A DNA stretch of 64,000 bases, taken from the IMG/VR virus record IMGVR_UViG_3300008266_000002; one strand, 5' to 3'. The stretch's first letter is position 1, and every line of letters starts with the position of its first letter. Under the pieces are notes generated by a model. The model searched no databases. It had not been told where the DNA came from and saw only the letters and a program-made list of their open reading frames with translations. The DNA comes from a virus. Shown one piece after another: positions 29,346 to 38,601 of this stretch. The translations under genes were made by a program, and so were the position numbers.

Positions 29346-30212
29346 ATGAAAAAACACTCTCTGCATTCCTCTTTTTACCCACACATTGATGCCGATAAGT
29401 TTACAACGGTCGTAAAGAAGCTTCGACAGTTTTTTGATTCAAAAGGTCTGCTCGAAGTCCATACACAAAATAGACTTAGTATCTTAGCCGCATGTGAAGA
29501 TCCATTCAATATTAGAACTTTCCATTACGATGATAAAATTTGGCCACTTCCACAAACTGGACAGATGTGGTTGGAGCATGAACTACTTACTCAACCAGAC
29601 GCAAAAGGTTTTTATTGTGTCAGTACGAGTTATAGAAGAGAGGAGAATCCAATTGAGGGAAGACATTGCTTAATTTTTCCTATGTTTGAGTTCGAATTTC
29701 CTGGTAACGTAGCTGATCTTGCATTGATGGAAGCTGAGTTGCTTATTTACTTGGGTTTTGATCATCGACAGACCTATAGAAACTATGAGCAAATTTGTAG
29801 TGAGTATAATGTCTCTATTATTGATTCTGAGTTGGAAGGCAAGCTCGCTGAGGAATTATCTAATTCACTATTCTTAATGAACTTTCCAGAAAGAACAAGT
29901 CCATTCTGGAACATGTCAAGATGGGAAACTGATCACGAATATGCAGGTACTGCTAAAAAGATTGATGTAATCCTACACGGACAAGAGACAATTGGTAGTG
30001 CCGAAAGAAGTTGTGATCCGGAGTTAATGAGAGAAATCTTCTTCTCAATTGAGAATGGAAAATACGCAGAGAAATTATTTGACTTGTTTGGATATGGTAG
30101 AGTTATTGATGAACTTAATGAATTTTTATCAAACAAATTTATACCTCGAGTAGGTGGTGGTATCGGAATCACACGACTTATAAGAGCTATGGAACTAAGT
30201 AACTTAATATAA
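29346..30212 (+). CDS. Class II aaRS-like catalytic domain only (Asp/Asn/Lys type; no anticodon-binding domain)
   Basis: LRQFF..KG..EV.T, LPQTGQ, motif 2 YRRE...GRH..F...EFE, E.IGSAER, motif 3 GGGIGITRL. Confidence 0.85.
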   Translation: MKKHSLHSSFYPHIDADKFTTVVKKLRQFFDSKGLLEVHTQNRLSILAACEDPFNIRTFHYDDKIWPLPQTGQMWLEHELLTQPDAKGFYCVSTSYRREENPIEGRHCLIFPMFEFEFPGNVADLALMEAELLIYLGFDHRQTYRNYEQICSEYNVSIIDSELEGKLAEELSNSLFLMNFPERTSPFWNMSRWETDHEYAGTAKKIDVILHGQETIGSAERSCDPELMREIFFSIENGKYAEKLFDLFGYGRVIDELNEFLSNKFIPRVGGGIGITRLIRAMELSNLI

Positions 30213-30213
30213 T

Positions 30214-30552
30214 ATGACAGAACAAAGGCCTTGGGGTCAGTTTACGATCCTTTATGAAGATGAAACATGCAAAGTTAAGCGTATTGTAGTCAATCCTGGA
30301 TGCAGGTTGTCATTGCAATACCATCACAAGAGAGATGAGACTTGGAAAATCATATCAGGAATTGGTGAGTTAACTTTGGATGATGATAGATCCTTTGTGT
30401 ATGCTGACGATACCATATGGATTGATCGCCAAGTGGTACACCGTATTGAAAACATAGATCAAGAACCTTTGGTGTTTATTGAAGTACAAACGGGATCATA
30501 CTTTGGTGAGGATGATATTATTCGCATCGAAGACGATTATAATAGGTTATAG
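30214..30552 (+). CDS. Type II mannose-6-phosphate isomerase cupin domain
   Basis: RPWG.F, VKRI.V.PG.RLSLQYH..R.E.W, HRIEN, IEVQTGSYFGEDDI.R. Confidence 0.9.
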   Translation: MTEQRPWGQFTILYEDETCKVKRIVVNPGCRLSLQYHHKRDETWKIISGIGELTLDDDRSFVYADDTIWIDRQVVHRIENIDQEPLVFIEVQTGSYFGEDDIIRIEDDYNRL

Positions 30553-30556
30553 AAAC

Positions 30557-31006
30557 GGAGGTAGTTTATTTGGTTACAAACCCAATTTATTTTTATGAAT
30601 ATAACATTAGCATTTACTCTTGGAGTACTCTCGGTTTTTTTTGTGGCATGTGTCATAATACTTGCTTGGGGTATTGTTAGGGTATTACAATTAAGCAAAA
30701 AGATTACTCAAATCGAAACTAGACTTGAGAATAACATTGAACAGCTTTGGTCACAAAGTACAAAAATCAACGACTATTGTGATCGATCTATTGCAGATGC
30801 ACACTTACATATAGATCGTCGTTTAGAATACTTGGAGCGCGATACAACTGAGCGATTTAAAGATGTCCATAATGCGATTAATGATATGACTAAACACTGT
30901 ATATCGTATACGGACTCTCGTGTTGATAAAATGACAAGTAGAGGCAAAACTTTACTTAAGGATGATATAAATTAATAATTTCTTAAACTACCAAATAACT
31001 ACCTCC
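30557..31006. repeat. 17-bp inverted repeat enclosing ORF 30595-30975
   Basis: ggaggtagtttatttggt (30557-30574) vs accaaataactacctcc (30990-31006), one bulged base. Confidence 0.8.
30595..30975 (+). CDS. N-terminally membrane-anchored coiled-coil protein
   Basis: Hydrophobic residues 3-30, then helical charged region. Confidence 0.65.
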   Translation: MNITLAFTLGVLSVFFVACVIILAWGIVRVLQLSKKITQIETRLENNIEQLWSQSTKINDYCDRSIADAHLHIDRRLEYLERDTTERFKDVHNAINDMTKHCISYTDSRVDKMTSRGKTLLKDDIN

Positions 31007-31008
31007 TT

Positions 31009-31560
31009 ATGAAATATTCTATTTATTATCGTATTAAAGATTTCTTAATAATAGAGTTCCCTCAGTTTATTAAAAACATCTGGAAGTTCAGAAAAGCTCT
31101 TTGGCGTCATCGATGGTATGATTATAGTGGTGCTCTTCACTTTCTTGAAATTGGTGTGCAGGACATAGCAAGTAATGTCAAGACGAAAGGAATAGAAGTT
31201 GGGTATAGTCGCGACAAGAAAGTGGTTAAAATGGAAAGAGTTGTTGAGATTCTCACAAACATTCGTGAAGATCGCTACTTTGATATTGTTGAGGAGGAAT
31301 TGGGAAGAGGTTATAATACTGGAAACATAAAATTTATTCCGTATGAATCTATGCCAGATCATTATGAGATGGTTGATTATGATTCTGAAGAGGAAAGGGA
31401 GTTTAATAGTAAGTACTTTGAAAGAGTTACCGAACTTGAAAACCAACAATGGGATGAACTTTGGAATATATTGAAAGGTCAGGACTATGACAAATTTGAC
31501 AAACAAAAGGACTGGGATGATCAATTTGATGGTTCAGGTATGAGAGGCTGGTGGGATTAG
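31009..31560 (+). CDS. Hypothetical phage protein
   Basis: 183 aa; KNIWKFRK.LW..RW.D...GWWD. Confidence 0.7.
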   Translation: MKYSIYYRIKDFLIIEFPQFIKNIWKFRKALWRHRWYDYSGALHFLEIGVQDIASNVKTKGIEVGYSRDKKVVKMERVVEILTNIREDRYFDIVEEELGRGYNTGNIKFIPYESMPDHYEMVDYDSEEEREFNSKYFERVTELENQQWDELWNILKGQDYDKFDKQKDWDDQFDGSGMRGWWD

Positions 31561-31732
31561 TTATGAAGAGTCAAAAGCAAATAAAAAAACAGATCAAACA
31601 ATATGAGGCTAAGCTAAAAAGCGGTACCTTAAAGGATCACGAAGCTGATAAGATGCTAAGCGAATTAGAAGTTATGATCAATCAATTAGAACAAGTAATC
31701 AATATTAGTGTTAATAAATTAAAAAATAAGTT

Positions 31733-31945
31733 ATGAAAGACAATCTTAAAGTTATTTTGGCCTATTTTCTCACATGGGCTATTACTACAATTGGAGTATT
31801 CAGCGTAATAAGCTATGTGTATTCCGATCATTCACAAATTTCAATGTATGCTTTAATATGGGTGTTGGGTGCGATGGTTGTTTTCCATCCAACGTTTGAC
31901 TATTGGCTAAAAGTAAGTAAACGATTTTTAAATATAAAACCTTAA
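31733..31945 (+). CDS. Small two-TM membrane protein
   Basis: Two hydrophobic segments. Confidence 0.55.
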   Translation: MKDNLKVILAYFLTWAITTIGVFSVISYVYSDHSQISMYALIWVLGAMVVFHPTFDYWLKVSKRFLNIKP

Positions 31946-31955
31946 TCCTAAATTT

Positions 31956-33218
31956 ATGAAAAACCTTTTTATTGTACTCTTAGCTTTAGTTGCACTATTG
32001 CAGTCATGTAAACAAAAAGACGCTTGTGCGGATACTGTTTGTCCAAATGGTCAGATTTGTGTTGATGGAACTTGTCAAGGTTCAAATACAAACACAATTG
32101 TTACATCAAACATTACGAATGATGTATATTGGACAAAAGATAAAATCTACGAGATTAACGGACGTGTTACTGTAGTAAGTGGTGCAACATTATTTATTGA
32201 AGCTGGTACAATAATTAAGTTTCAAACTGGTACTGGTGCCAATGCATCTGCATTACTTGTAGCAAGAGGTGGTAGTATTGTTGCTGCCGGAACTCCAATT
32301 GCACCTATTATAATGACTTCTGTTGCAGATGATATTACAATAGAGCAAGTAGCTAGTGGTAATTTTGCTAGTCCCAATCTACAACCAACTACCTCAGGTT
32401 TGTGGGGTGGTTTGATTATTCTTGGTAAAGCTCCAATCTCTGCTTCTGCAAACGAAATTCAAATTGAAGGTATTCCAACAACTGATGCTAACGGTCTTTA
32501 TGGTGGTAGTAACCCTAATGATAATTCAGGAATACTAAAGTATGTATCGATTCGACATGGAGGTGCCAATATTGGTAACGGAAATGAAATCAATGGCCTT
32601 ACTTTGGGTGGTGTTGGTTCTGGTACAGTTGTTGAAAATATTGAAATTGTAGGTAATCAGGATGATGGTATTGAATTTTTTGGCGGTACTGTGACTGTGA
32701 ATCACCTTTTAGTATCTTACTCTGGAGATGATGCTATTGATGTTGATCAATCTTGGTCTGGTACTCTTGATAACTTTTTGGTTGTGTGTGGTCCTGCTAC
32801 AGATCACGCATTAGAAATCGATGGTCCGGAAGGTTTATTACTAGGTGCTTGTAATATTAAAAACGGATCTGTGCAAGGTGCATTTGATTCTGAACTAGCT
32901 GATTTTAGAGCTTGTCCAAGAGGAACATTTGAAAACATATTCTTTTTTGGCTTCTCAGACCCAGCATTGAATAATAGGGGAGACTTCTCTATAACCAATC
33001 CATCCACATCAACTTGTTCAACAGACAATCTAGCAAATGGAATATTAGTGTTCTCAAACCTACAAGCAATATTACCAATTAATTCTAGTATAGGCTCTAT
33101 ATTCTTGAATGGTATAGATGCGTATGCAACAAGTGTAACTACCAACTCAGTTGGAGGATCTAAATCAGTATTTACTTGGACTTGGACCAGTCAGGCAAAC
33201 TTACTATCAGCATTCTAA
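31956..33218 (+). CDS. Lipoprotein with Cys-rich module and beta-helix-like body (Bacteroidota surface-protein type)
   Basis: Lipobox LQSC; CADTVC..GQIC..GTC; WGGLIILG.AP, NEINGLTLGGVG, DDGIEFFGG. Confidence 0.8.
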   Translation: MKNLFIVLLALVALLQSCKQKDACADTVCPNGQICVDGTCQGSNTNTIVTSNITNDVYWTKDKIYEINGRVTVVSGATLFIEAGTIIKFQTGTGANASALLVARGGSIVAAGTPIAPIIMTSVADDITIEQVASGNFASPNLQPTTSGLWGGLIILGKAPISASANEIQIEGIPTTDANGLYGGSNPNDNSGILKYVSIRHGGANIGNGNEINGLTLGGVGSGTVVENIEIVGNQDDGIEFFGGTVTVNHLLVSYSGDDAIDVDQSWSGTLDNFLVVCGPATDHALEIDGPEGLLLGACNIKNGSVQGAFDSELADFRACPRGTFENIFFFGFSDPALNNRGDFSITNPSTSTCSTDNLANGILVFSNLQAILPINSSIGSIFLNGIDAYATSVTTNSVGGSKSVFTWTWTSQANLLSAF

Positions 33219-33240
33219 AATAAAGTTGCAAAATAACAAG

Positions 33241-33273
33241 AAAGTCTGTATATTCATTTATACAGACTTTTTT
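33241..33273 (+). terminator. Hairpin/terminator overlapping the putative thyX promoter
   Basis: aaagtctgtata/tatacagacttt stem plus T-tract. Confidence 0.6.
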
Positions 33274-33288
33274 AATCAAATTAGTTAT

Positions 33289-33939
33289 ATGAAAAACAAA
33301 GTAGAGTTATTGGGTTATTATGGTGATGATCTGATCCATGCATGTTCCGCATGGACAAGTACATCAAGAGAATTGACAGAGGAAAAGATACAGAGAGTAC
33401 CTAAACTATTAAAGATGCTCGCACAGGAAGGTCATCATACTCCATTTGAAAAGAGTAGCTTGCACTTTTTAGTGACTGTCGATCAAGCAACACACATTCA
33501 CTTACTTAAGCATCGTATTGGTGTTAGTATAAATGGGGAGTCAGCTAGATATAAAGAGTTGAAGGAAGATAAGTTTTATTTACCTGAAGATTGGACTCAA
33601 ATTCTAATTAAAGATGATGTTAATGGTAACACTTGGGCAACTATGCTTGAAACTATGTCAACTTTAAGTAACAAATGGTATCATCAATGTTTGGAAGAAC
33701 TTACTCCTATACTTGGTAGAAAAAGAGCTAAAGAGTCTGCTCGATTCTTCAAGACTTTCAACTCCCAAATCACAATGGATGTTATGTTTAACTGGAGAAG
33801 CTTTGCTCACTTCCAGCAACTACGTAACAGTGAGCATGCTCAAATAGAAGTTAGAGAGCTGGCACAAATGATGCTAGAGTCAGTTAGAAATATAGAAGGG
33901 AATCCATTTGAACACACAATACAAGCCTTTGGTTTATGA
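33289..33939 (+). CDS. thyX: Flavin-dependent thymidylate synthase
   Basis: GHHTPFE, HR.GVS.N.ESARY (ThyX motif variant), NWRS..HF..LR...HAQ.E.R; likely start MKNKV at 33289. Confidence 0.93.
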   Translation: MKNKVELLGYYGDDLIHACSAWTSTSRELTEEKIQRVPKLLKMLAQEGHHTPFEKSSLHFLVTVDQATHIHLLKHRIGVSINGESARYKELKEDKFYLPEDWTQILIKDDVNGNTWATMLETMSTLSNKWYHQCLEELTPILGRKRAKESARFFKTFNSQITMDVMFNWRSFAHFQQLRNSEHAQIEVRELAQMMLESVRNIEGNPFEHTIQAFGL

Positions 33940-34090
33940 AAATATCAATCGATCAAGTAATGTGTCAACTATACATTACACCTTATATTAAGATCACCTA
34001 TGACAAGACCTTAACTGGAAATTATGAATTCATAGTAGGCTGGCTTAAATGGCAGTTAACATTATCAATATAATCACGTCACATAACAAC

Positions 34091-34378
34091 ATGAAGCAGG
34101 AATCACAGGACTCAACTTTTATGGAGTCGTTCATCTCAAAACTTAAAGAACAATCGTTCACCATCATAATACTTGTTGGTGTGATGTACTATCAAAATTA
34201 TCTGTTTATGTCACAGATGGAAGAATATAAGAAGGTAGTGCAGAGCAAAGATGAGCTAATACTAAAACTAACCAATGATGAACGAGCTCGTCTATTAGAA
34301 CGAGAAACTTATCTCATACAACAAAGAGATAAGTTTATTGAGGATCTGAGACAAAAAGAACTAACACCCAACAACTAA
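34091..34378 (+). CDS. Single-TM coiled-coil protein
   Basis: FTIIILVGVMYY followed by heptad-like region. Confidence 0.5.
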   Translation: MKQESQDSTFMESFISKLKEQSFTIIILVGVMYYQNYLFMSQMEEYKKVVQSKDELILKLTNDERARLLERETYLIQQRDKFIEDLRQKELTPNN

Positions 34379-34390
34379 AATAATTCAGTT

Positions 34391-34687
34391 ATGACATACG
34401 AAAACTTTTTAAAATTAACTCTTGGACTTCAAAAGCAGGATAGAGTTATTGAGGATCTTTACAAACATAAAATCGATGTGCTTGACTTTGTGGATCCATA
34501 TCACGGATTCATAACCCTATTACTAAAAGAGATATACGGAGACGAAGGATATGACTGGTTTAGCTGGTTCTGCTATGAGAATGAGTTTGGACAGAGAGGT
34601 CTAGAGGCATTTGATGAAAATAAAAATAGAATCTGCTACAGTCACGAATCACTTTGGGAATATCTAGAACAAAATTACAAACAATAA
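34391..34687 (+). CDS. Hypothetical phage protein
   Basis: DWFSWFCYE.EFG...LWEYL. Confidence 0.65.
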   Translation: MTYENFLKLTLGLQKQDRVIEDLYKHKIDVLDFVDPYHGFITLLLKEIYGDEGYDWFSWFCYENEFGQRGLEAFDENKNRICYSHESLWEYLEQNYKQ

Positions 34688-34688
34688 T

Positions 34689-35135
34689 ATGGAATTAGTT
34701 ACAACTTATATATGCAAGACCTCTGACGTAGGTGTGCATGAGAATATTTTTGGAGGAACAATCTTAGGTCTTATAGATCAAAGTGCTGGTGCCTATGCAG
34801 CACAAATATGTGATACTCCTAGAATGGTCACTATCAAGATTGATGAGCTTATCTTCAAGAATGCTGTTAAGGTAGGTAATATTATAAAAATATATGCTAC
34901 AGTAAAAGAGTTTGGTAATACCTCAATCACTCTATACATGGAAGTGAGAAAGCATAACGTGTACACAGGCAAACAAGAAGTGGTAGTATCCACAAACATA
35001 AAATTTGTAAGAATAGATGAAGAAGGTTATCCTATCCCAATCTCTGAGCGTATCAAAAACCGATATAACGAAAGATTAGAGAAACACGGAAAAGGCTTAT
35101 TAACTTCTGAAGAAACTAAAAAATCCAAAAAATGA
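34689..35135 (+). CDS. Hotdog-fold acyl-CoA thioesterase (YciA-like)
   Basis: D.GVH.NIFGG.IL..ID..A; MVT..ID...FK..V..G; FV.IDE.G.P.PI. Confidence 0.88.
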   Translation: MELVTTYICKTSDVGVHENIFGGTILGLIDQSAGAYAAQICDTPRMVTIKIDELIFKNAVKVGNIIKIYATVKEFGNTSITLYMEVRKHNVYTGKQEVVVSTNIKFVRIDEEGYPIPISERIKNRYNERLEKHGKGLLTSEETKKSKK

Positions 35136-35854
35136 TAGTTACATTCATCTCTGACACACATGGCAAACACAATCAAATCACACAAGACTTAAAAGGTGGT
35201 GACTTGCTTATTCACTCTGGTGACATCTCCTCTATGGGATATCATTATGAACTTACAGCATTCTATGAGTGGTTTGATAGTATACCAAACTACACCACAA
35301 AAGTATTCATTGCTGGGAACCATGATTGGGGATTCTTAGATGCTCACAGATACATCCTATATAAGGAAGCTAAAATGCCACAACGTACTCAAGAGCTAAT
35401 TGATTCCTATCCCAATATTCACTATCTACAAGATCAGGCTCTACAAGTTGCAATAGAAAATGAACTTACTATTAACCTATATGGAAGTCCATGGCAACCA
35501 GCGTTTAATAATTGGGCTTTTAATTCGCCAAGAAACGGAGACCAATTAAAAGAGATATGGGATAACATTCCAAATAATACTGATATCTTGATCACACACG
35601 GACCAGCTTATGGTTATTTAGATCAGGTGCTTGGACGATCCGAAAATCTAGGTTGTGAGTTGTTGGCTGAAAGAATTAAGACACTCAAACCAAAAATTCA
35701 CGTATGTGGTCATATTCATAGTGGTCACGGTTACACCTATGATAAAGATACTCACTTTATAAATGCTTCAGTACTAAACGAGTCTTACAACTATGCTAAC
35801 CGACCACTCACTATTAATTGGAACCCAGAAACCAATGATGTAGAATTTTTGTAA
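35132..35854 (+). CDS. Calcineurin-like metallophosphoesterase
   Basis: SDTH, HSGD, AGNHD, ITHGP, CGHIH. Confidence 0.93.
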   Translation: MIVTFISDTHGKHNQITQDLKGGDLLIHSGDISSMGYHYELTAFYEWFDSIPNYTTKVFIAGNHDWGFLDAHRYILYKEAKMPQRTQELIDSYPNIHYLQDQALQVAIENELTINLYGSPWQPAFNNWAFNSPRNGDQLKEIWDNIPNNTDILITHGPAYGYLDQVLGRSENLGCELLAERIKTLKPKIHVCGHIHSGHGYTYDKDTHFINASVLNESYNYANRPLTINWNPETNDVEFL

Positions 35855-35871
35855 CTTTTTTTGTCTAACTG

Positions 35872-35910
35872 TTGTCTCACGTGTTTTTTTAGCGTATATT
35901 TAGTTATAAT
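35872..35910 (+). promoter_or_regulatory. Early-type promoter
   Basis: aactgTTGtct-N-TATATTTA-gtTATAAT, 20-nt spacer. Confidence 0.7.
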
Positions 35911-35926
35911 TAAAAACACACAAGCT

Positions 35927-36265
35927 ATGACAAATTATCCACCAACAGTCGAAGAGAAACTGGAGTTAGTTAATGATATATTGACTAACATCGACTACAA
36001 GTATCCAGTATACGAACATTGTGTTCGTGAAGTATTTGGTCCTATTTTCTTGCAACAATGGCTCGATGGTAAGGAGGTGGGATTTGAATTAGAAGAGTTC
36101 GAAAGATTACTAAAGTTGACAATCGCTAGAAGTCTTGTTGAAGAGATGAGAGAAGAAGGATTGATTGATACTATTGAAGATCCTGACAGAAATGATGATG
36201 TTGTATTCTTAACCGAGAAAGGAAAAAAGGTTGCTGAATTATTACATAACGTAAATTTAAACTAA
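35927..36265 (+). CDS. Hypothetical protein with possible winged-helix C-terminus
   Basis: Start after promoter and ACACACA leader; GLID...LTEKGKK. Confidence 0.6.
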   Translation: MTNYPPTVEEKLELVNDILTNIDYKYPVYEHCVREVFGPIFLQQWLDGKEVGFELEEFERLLKLTIARSLVEEMREEGLIDTIEDPDRNDDVVFLTEKGKKVAELLHNVNLN

Positions 36266-36266
36266 C

Positions 36267-36653
36267 ATGACACAAGAAGTTACAGCTCAAATCGATCGAT
36301 TCTACGATGACGTTATATTCTTGAAAGAAGATACGTGGCTATCATTTCACAGAGAGCACTACAAAGGACATAAGGATGTTGTGATCATATCTCTTGTAGA
36401 TGGTTTACTAGAAACTACAACAGTATTAGCTACCTATGTGGATGGTGTATGGAAATTTCCTAACCAACGTAGTGCGTCATTATTCTGGAAGTATGCTAAG
36501 GTGTTTGATAGTCGTATGAGACGTATTGTACATAAACTTGTTGTTCCTCTTCCTGAGGATATGACAATGAGAATTACTTGGCGTTGCTTTCAGCGCAAAG
36601 TAAGAATGCAGTATAGATTAATTCGACGAAATATAAAATTATTGTTTAACTAA
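36267..36653 (+). CDS. Hypothetical protein
   Basis: 128 aa ORF, tightly packed. Confidence 0.6.
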   Translation: MTQEVTAQIDRFYDDVIFLKEDTWLSFHREHYKGHKDVVIISLVDGLLETTTVLATYVDGVWKFPNQRSASLFWKYAKVFDSRMRRIVHKLVVPLPEDMTMRITWRCFQRKVRMQYRLIRRNIKLLFN

Positions 36654-36666
36654 AATTCAAAAGGTT

Positions 36667-36966
36667 ATGAACATGAATAGTGAAAGCTTAAAAGCATTAG
36701 GCAAAAAGACATTGAATGTTGTATGGGCAATCTGCCTATTAATTTGTGGTTTTTTTATTGGTCATTATAGTTATATAATACGCGGCTACGATAATGAACC
36801 CAAAGCGGTTATAAAAACTACTAAGGACGTTTCAGTCGCAATTAATGAAAATAATCAGGTTTTAATAATCGATCGAGCTACTGGTCGTTTTGAAACCTAC
36901 TCTGATTCTGTTGGTACAAATATCTTTAAATTGTATGCAGCTAAAATGTATCAGAGTAACAACTAA
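36667..36966 (+). CDS. Membrane-anchored hypothetical protein
   Basis: TM segment VVWAICLLICGFFIG; directly upstream of the SLT gene. Confidence 0.6.
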   Translation: MNMNSESLKALGKKTLNVVWAICLLICGFFIGHYSYIIRGYDNEPKAVIKTTKDVSVAINENNQVLIIDRATGRFETYSDSVGTNIFKLYAAKMYQSNN

Positions 36967-36976
36967 AACATGACGA

Positions 36977-37510
36977 ATGTATAAAATTAAAACAGCAATA
37001 TTAACAACCTCCGTACTTGTATTAACTATCTTCACCACAAACTATTTATATCCAGAGCAACTATCTCACATTGAGGTACCTACACCAAAGTTAATTGATC
37101 CAAACGATCCACCATGCATTCAGATGTATTATTGTATTAAGCACTACGCAAAAGAATATAACATTCCAGAAACGTATGTCTTTGCAATTGCCTATTATGA
37201 AACGGGATATCAAGGCCCAGCACATTGGAAGTATGATCATGCTTTGGGTAAGGAAGGAGGTGCTGCAGGACCAATGCAAATACTCCCAATAGCAGATAGA
37301 GCAATTAACAAGAAGCCTAACTTTAATCGATTGAATAATGATATTGAATACAATATTGTAACAAGTGTGAAAATACTACGTGTACTTCACGATCGTTATA
37401 AAGACTGGCCTATAGTATTTGGATTTTACAACACTGGAAGACCACAGGTAACTAATTATTCTAGATTGATTTGCAACTTTCAACTTGATACAAAATGGAT
37501 ACGATGCTAG
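36977..37510 (+). CDS. Lytic transglycosylase (SLT) with N-terminal anchor
   Basis: AIAYYETG catalytic Glu, AAGPMQI, N....KIL, YNTG. Confidence 0.85.
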   Translation: MYKIKTAILTTSVLVLTIFTTNYLYPEQLSHIEVPTPKLIDPNDPPCIQMYYCIKHYAKEYNIPETYVFAIAYYETGYQGPAHWKYDHALGKEGGAAGPMQILPIADRAINKKPNFNRLNNDIEYNIVTSVKILRVLHDRYKDWPIVFGFYNTGRPQVTNYSRLICNFQLDTKWIRC

Positions 37511-38238
37511 ACCCAACCCAACCAACTCCAACCCGACTTATCGAACAGCGTAATGGCTTTGATATTTCGATTGTACTTCCTAGGTTTACACCAATGTTTG
37601 AGATTACTAAACCTTTGGAAGATCCTACAATATTGTTGACAGGTGGTTGTCATGTTGATCATGAGGGATATGATCTTAATGAGATCGAGCAAGCGTATTA
37701 TAAAAATGAAGGTGTGAGTCTTGTGAAAGATCCGACTTGGTATAAGGATGGTGGTGGTGAAAGAGTTACTACTGCTATCCTTCAACCTTGGATAGAGCAA
37801 CTTAATGAAATAACCTTTGGTCAAGATCAGTTGATATTAGATCACTCACACTATGTATTCAAGTTTCCAATAAGAGGTGAAGCTGAACAGCAAGTAAGAC
37901 AATATGCCAAACAAAGACCTGAGCTATTAAGATTAGTCTCAACTACTTACAAGTGTGGTCTGGATGTGTGTATTGATTTACTAGATGGTGATGAGAATGG
38001 ATCGATCCAGCCTATTGTACATATTGAATGGGACTATGATGATTTCCAGGACATGTATGATGAGGCTATCGTAGTATCTAATATACTTAAATTCACAAAC
38101 TGGCAAGATCACATTCCAACCATCAAAAGATTTAATGAACAAGCCAAGCAAGGAAAGATCGAAGCATTCTTTCAAGCAGACTTCAGAGCTCGCAAGTTAT
38201 TTGGCAAAAAGGCCTACAAACTAATACCCACTCTATGA
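37495..38238 (+). CDS. Hypothetical protein
   Basis: 247 aa ORF. Confidence 0.65.
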   Translation: MDTMLDPTQPTPTRLIEQRNGFDISIVLPRFTPMFEITKPLEDPTILLTGGCHVDHEGYDLNEIEQAYYKNEGVSLVKDPTWYKDGGGERVTTAILQPWIEQLNEITFGQDQLILDHSHYVFKFPIRGEAEQQVRQYAKQRPELLRLVSTTYKCGLDVCIDLLDGDENGSIQPIVHIEWDYDDFQDMYDEAIVVSNILKFTNWQDHIPTIKRFNEQAKQGKIEAFFQADFRARKLFGKKAYKLIPTL

Positions 38239-38516
38239 TAGACATGGACAGATATGTAGCTAGTATAGCTTACGGTAAAATAATCATGGAAACCTTAACT
38301 GGAGACTCTCTACCTCCTTTTAGCTATTCCAACACAGACGAAGGATTACTCCAATGGTTTTTAGACACCTTTGACATTGATAGACTTTACAATGATCCAT
38401 TGGCACTAGACTTACAACTCACACTCAATAGATGGGTTGTTGATGGAGAACCAGCTAGTGAAATAAGACAGCAGCTTATAAACATCCTAGTTGATCACTA
38501 CGGATTTTATTGTTAA
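38235..38516 (+). CDS. Hypothetical protein
   Basis: Coupled ORF. Confidence 0.55.
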   Translation: MIDMDRYVASIAYGKIIMETLTGDSLPPFSYSNTDEGLLQWFLDTFDIDRLYNDPLALDLQLTLNRWVVDGEPASEIRQQLINILVDHYGFYC

Positions 38517-38544
38517 TTTTTTTTTAAAAAAAATGTGTTAACTG

Positions 38545-38575
38545 TTGTCTCACAGCTACAAAGTGTGTATATTTA
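38545..38575 (+). promoter_or_regulatory. Early-type promoter
   Basis: T/A-tract, aactgTTGtct-N20-TATATTTA. Confidence 0.7.
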
Positions 38576-38601
38576 GTCTGTAATCAAATCACACACAAGT
38601 T

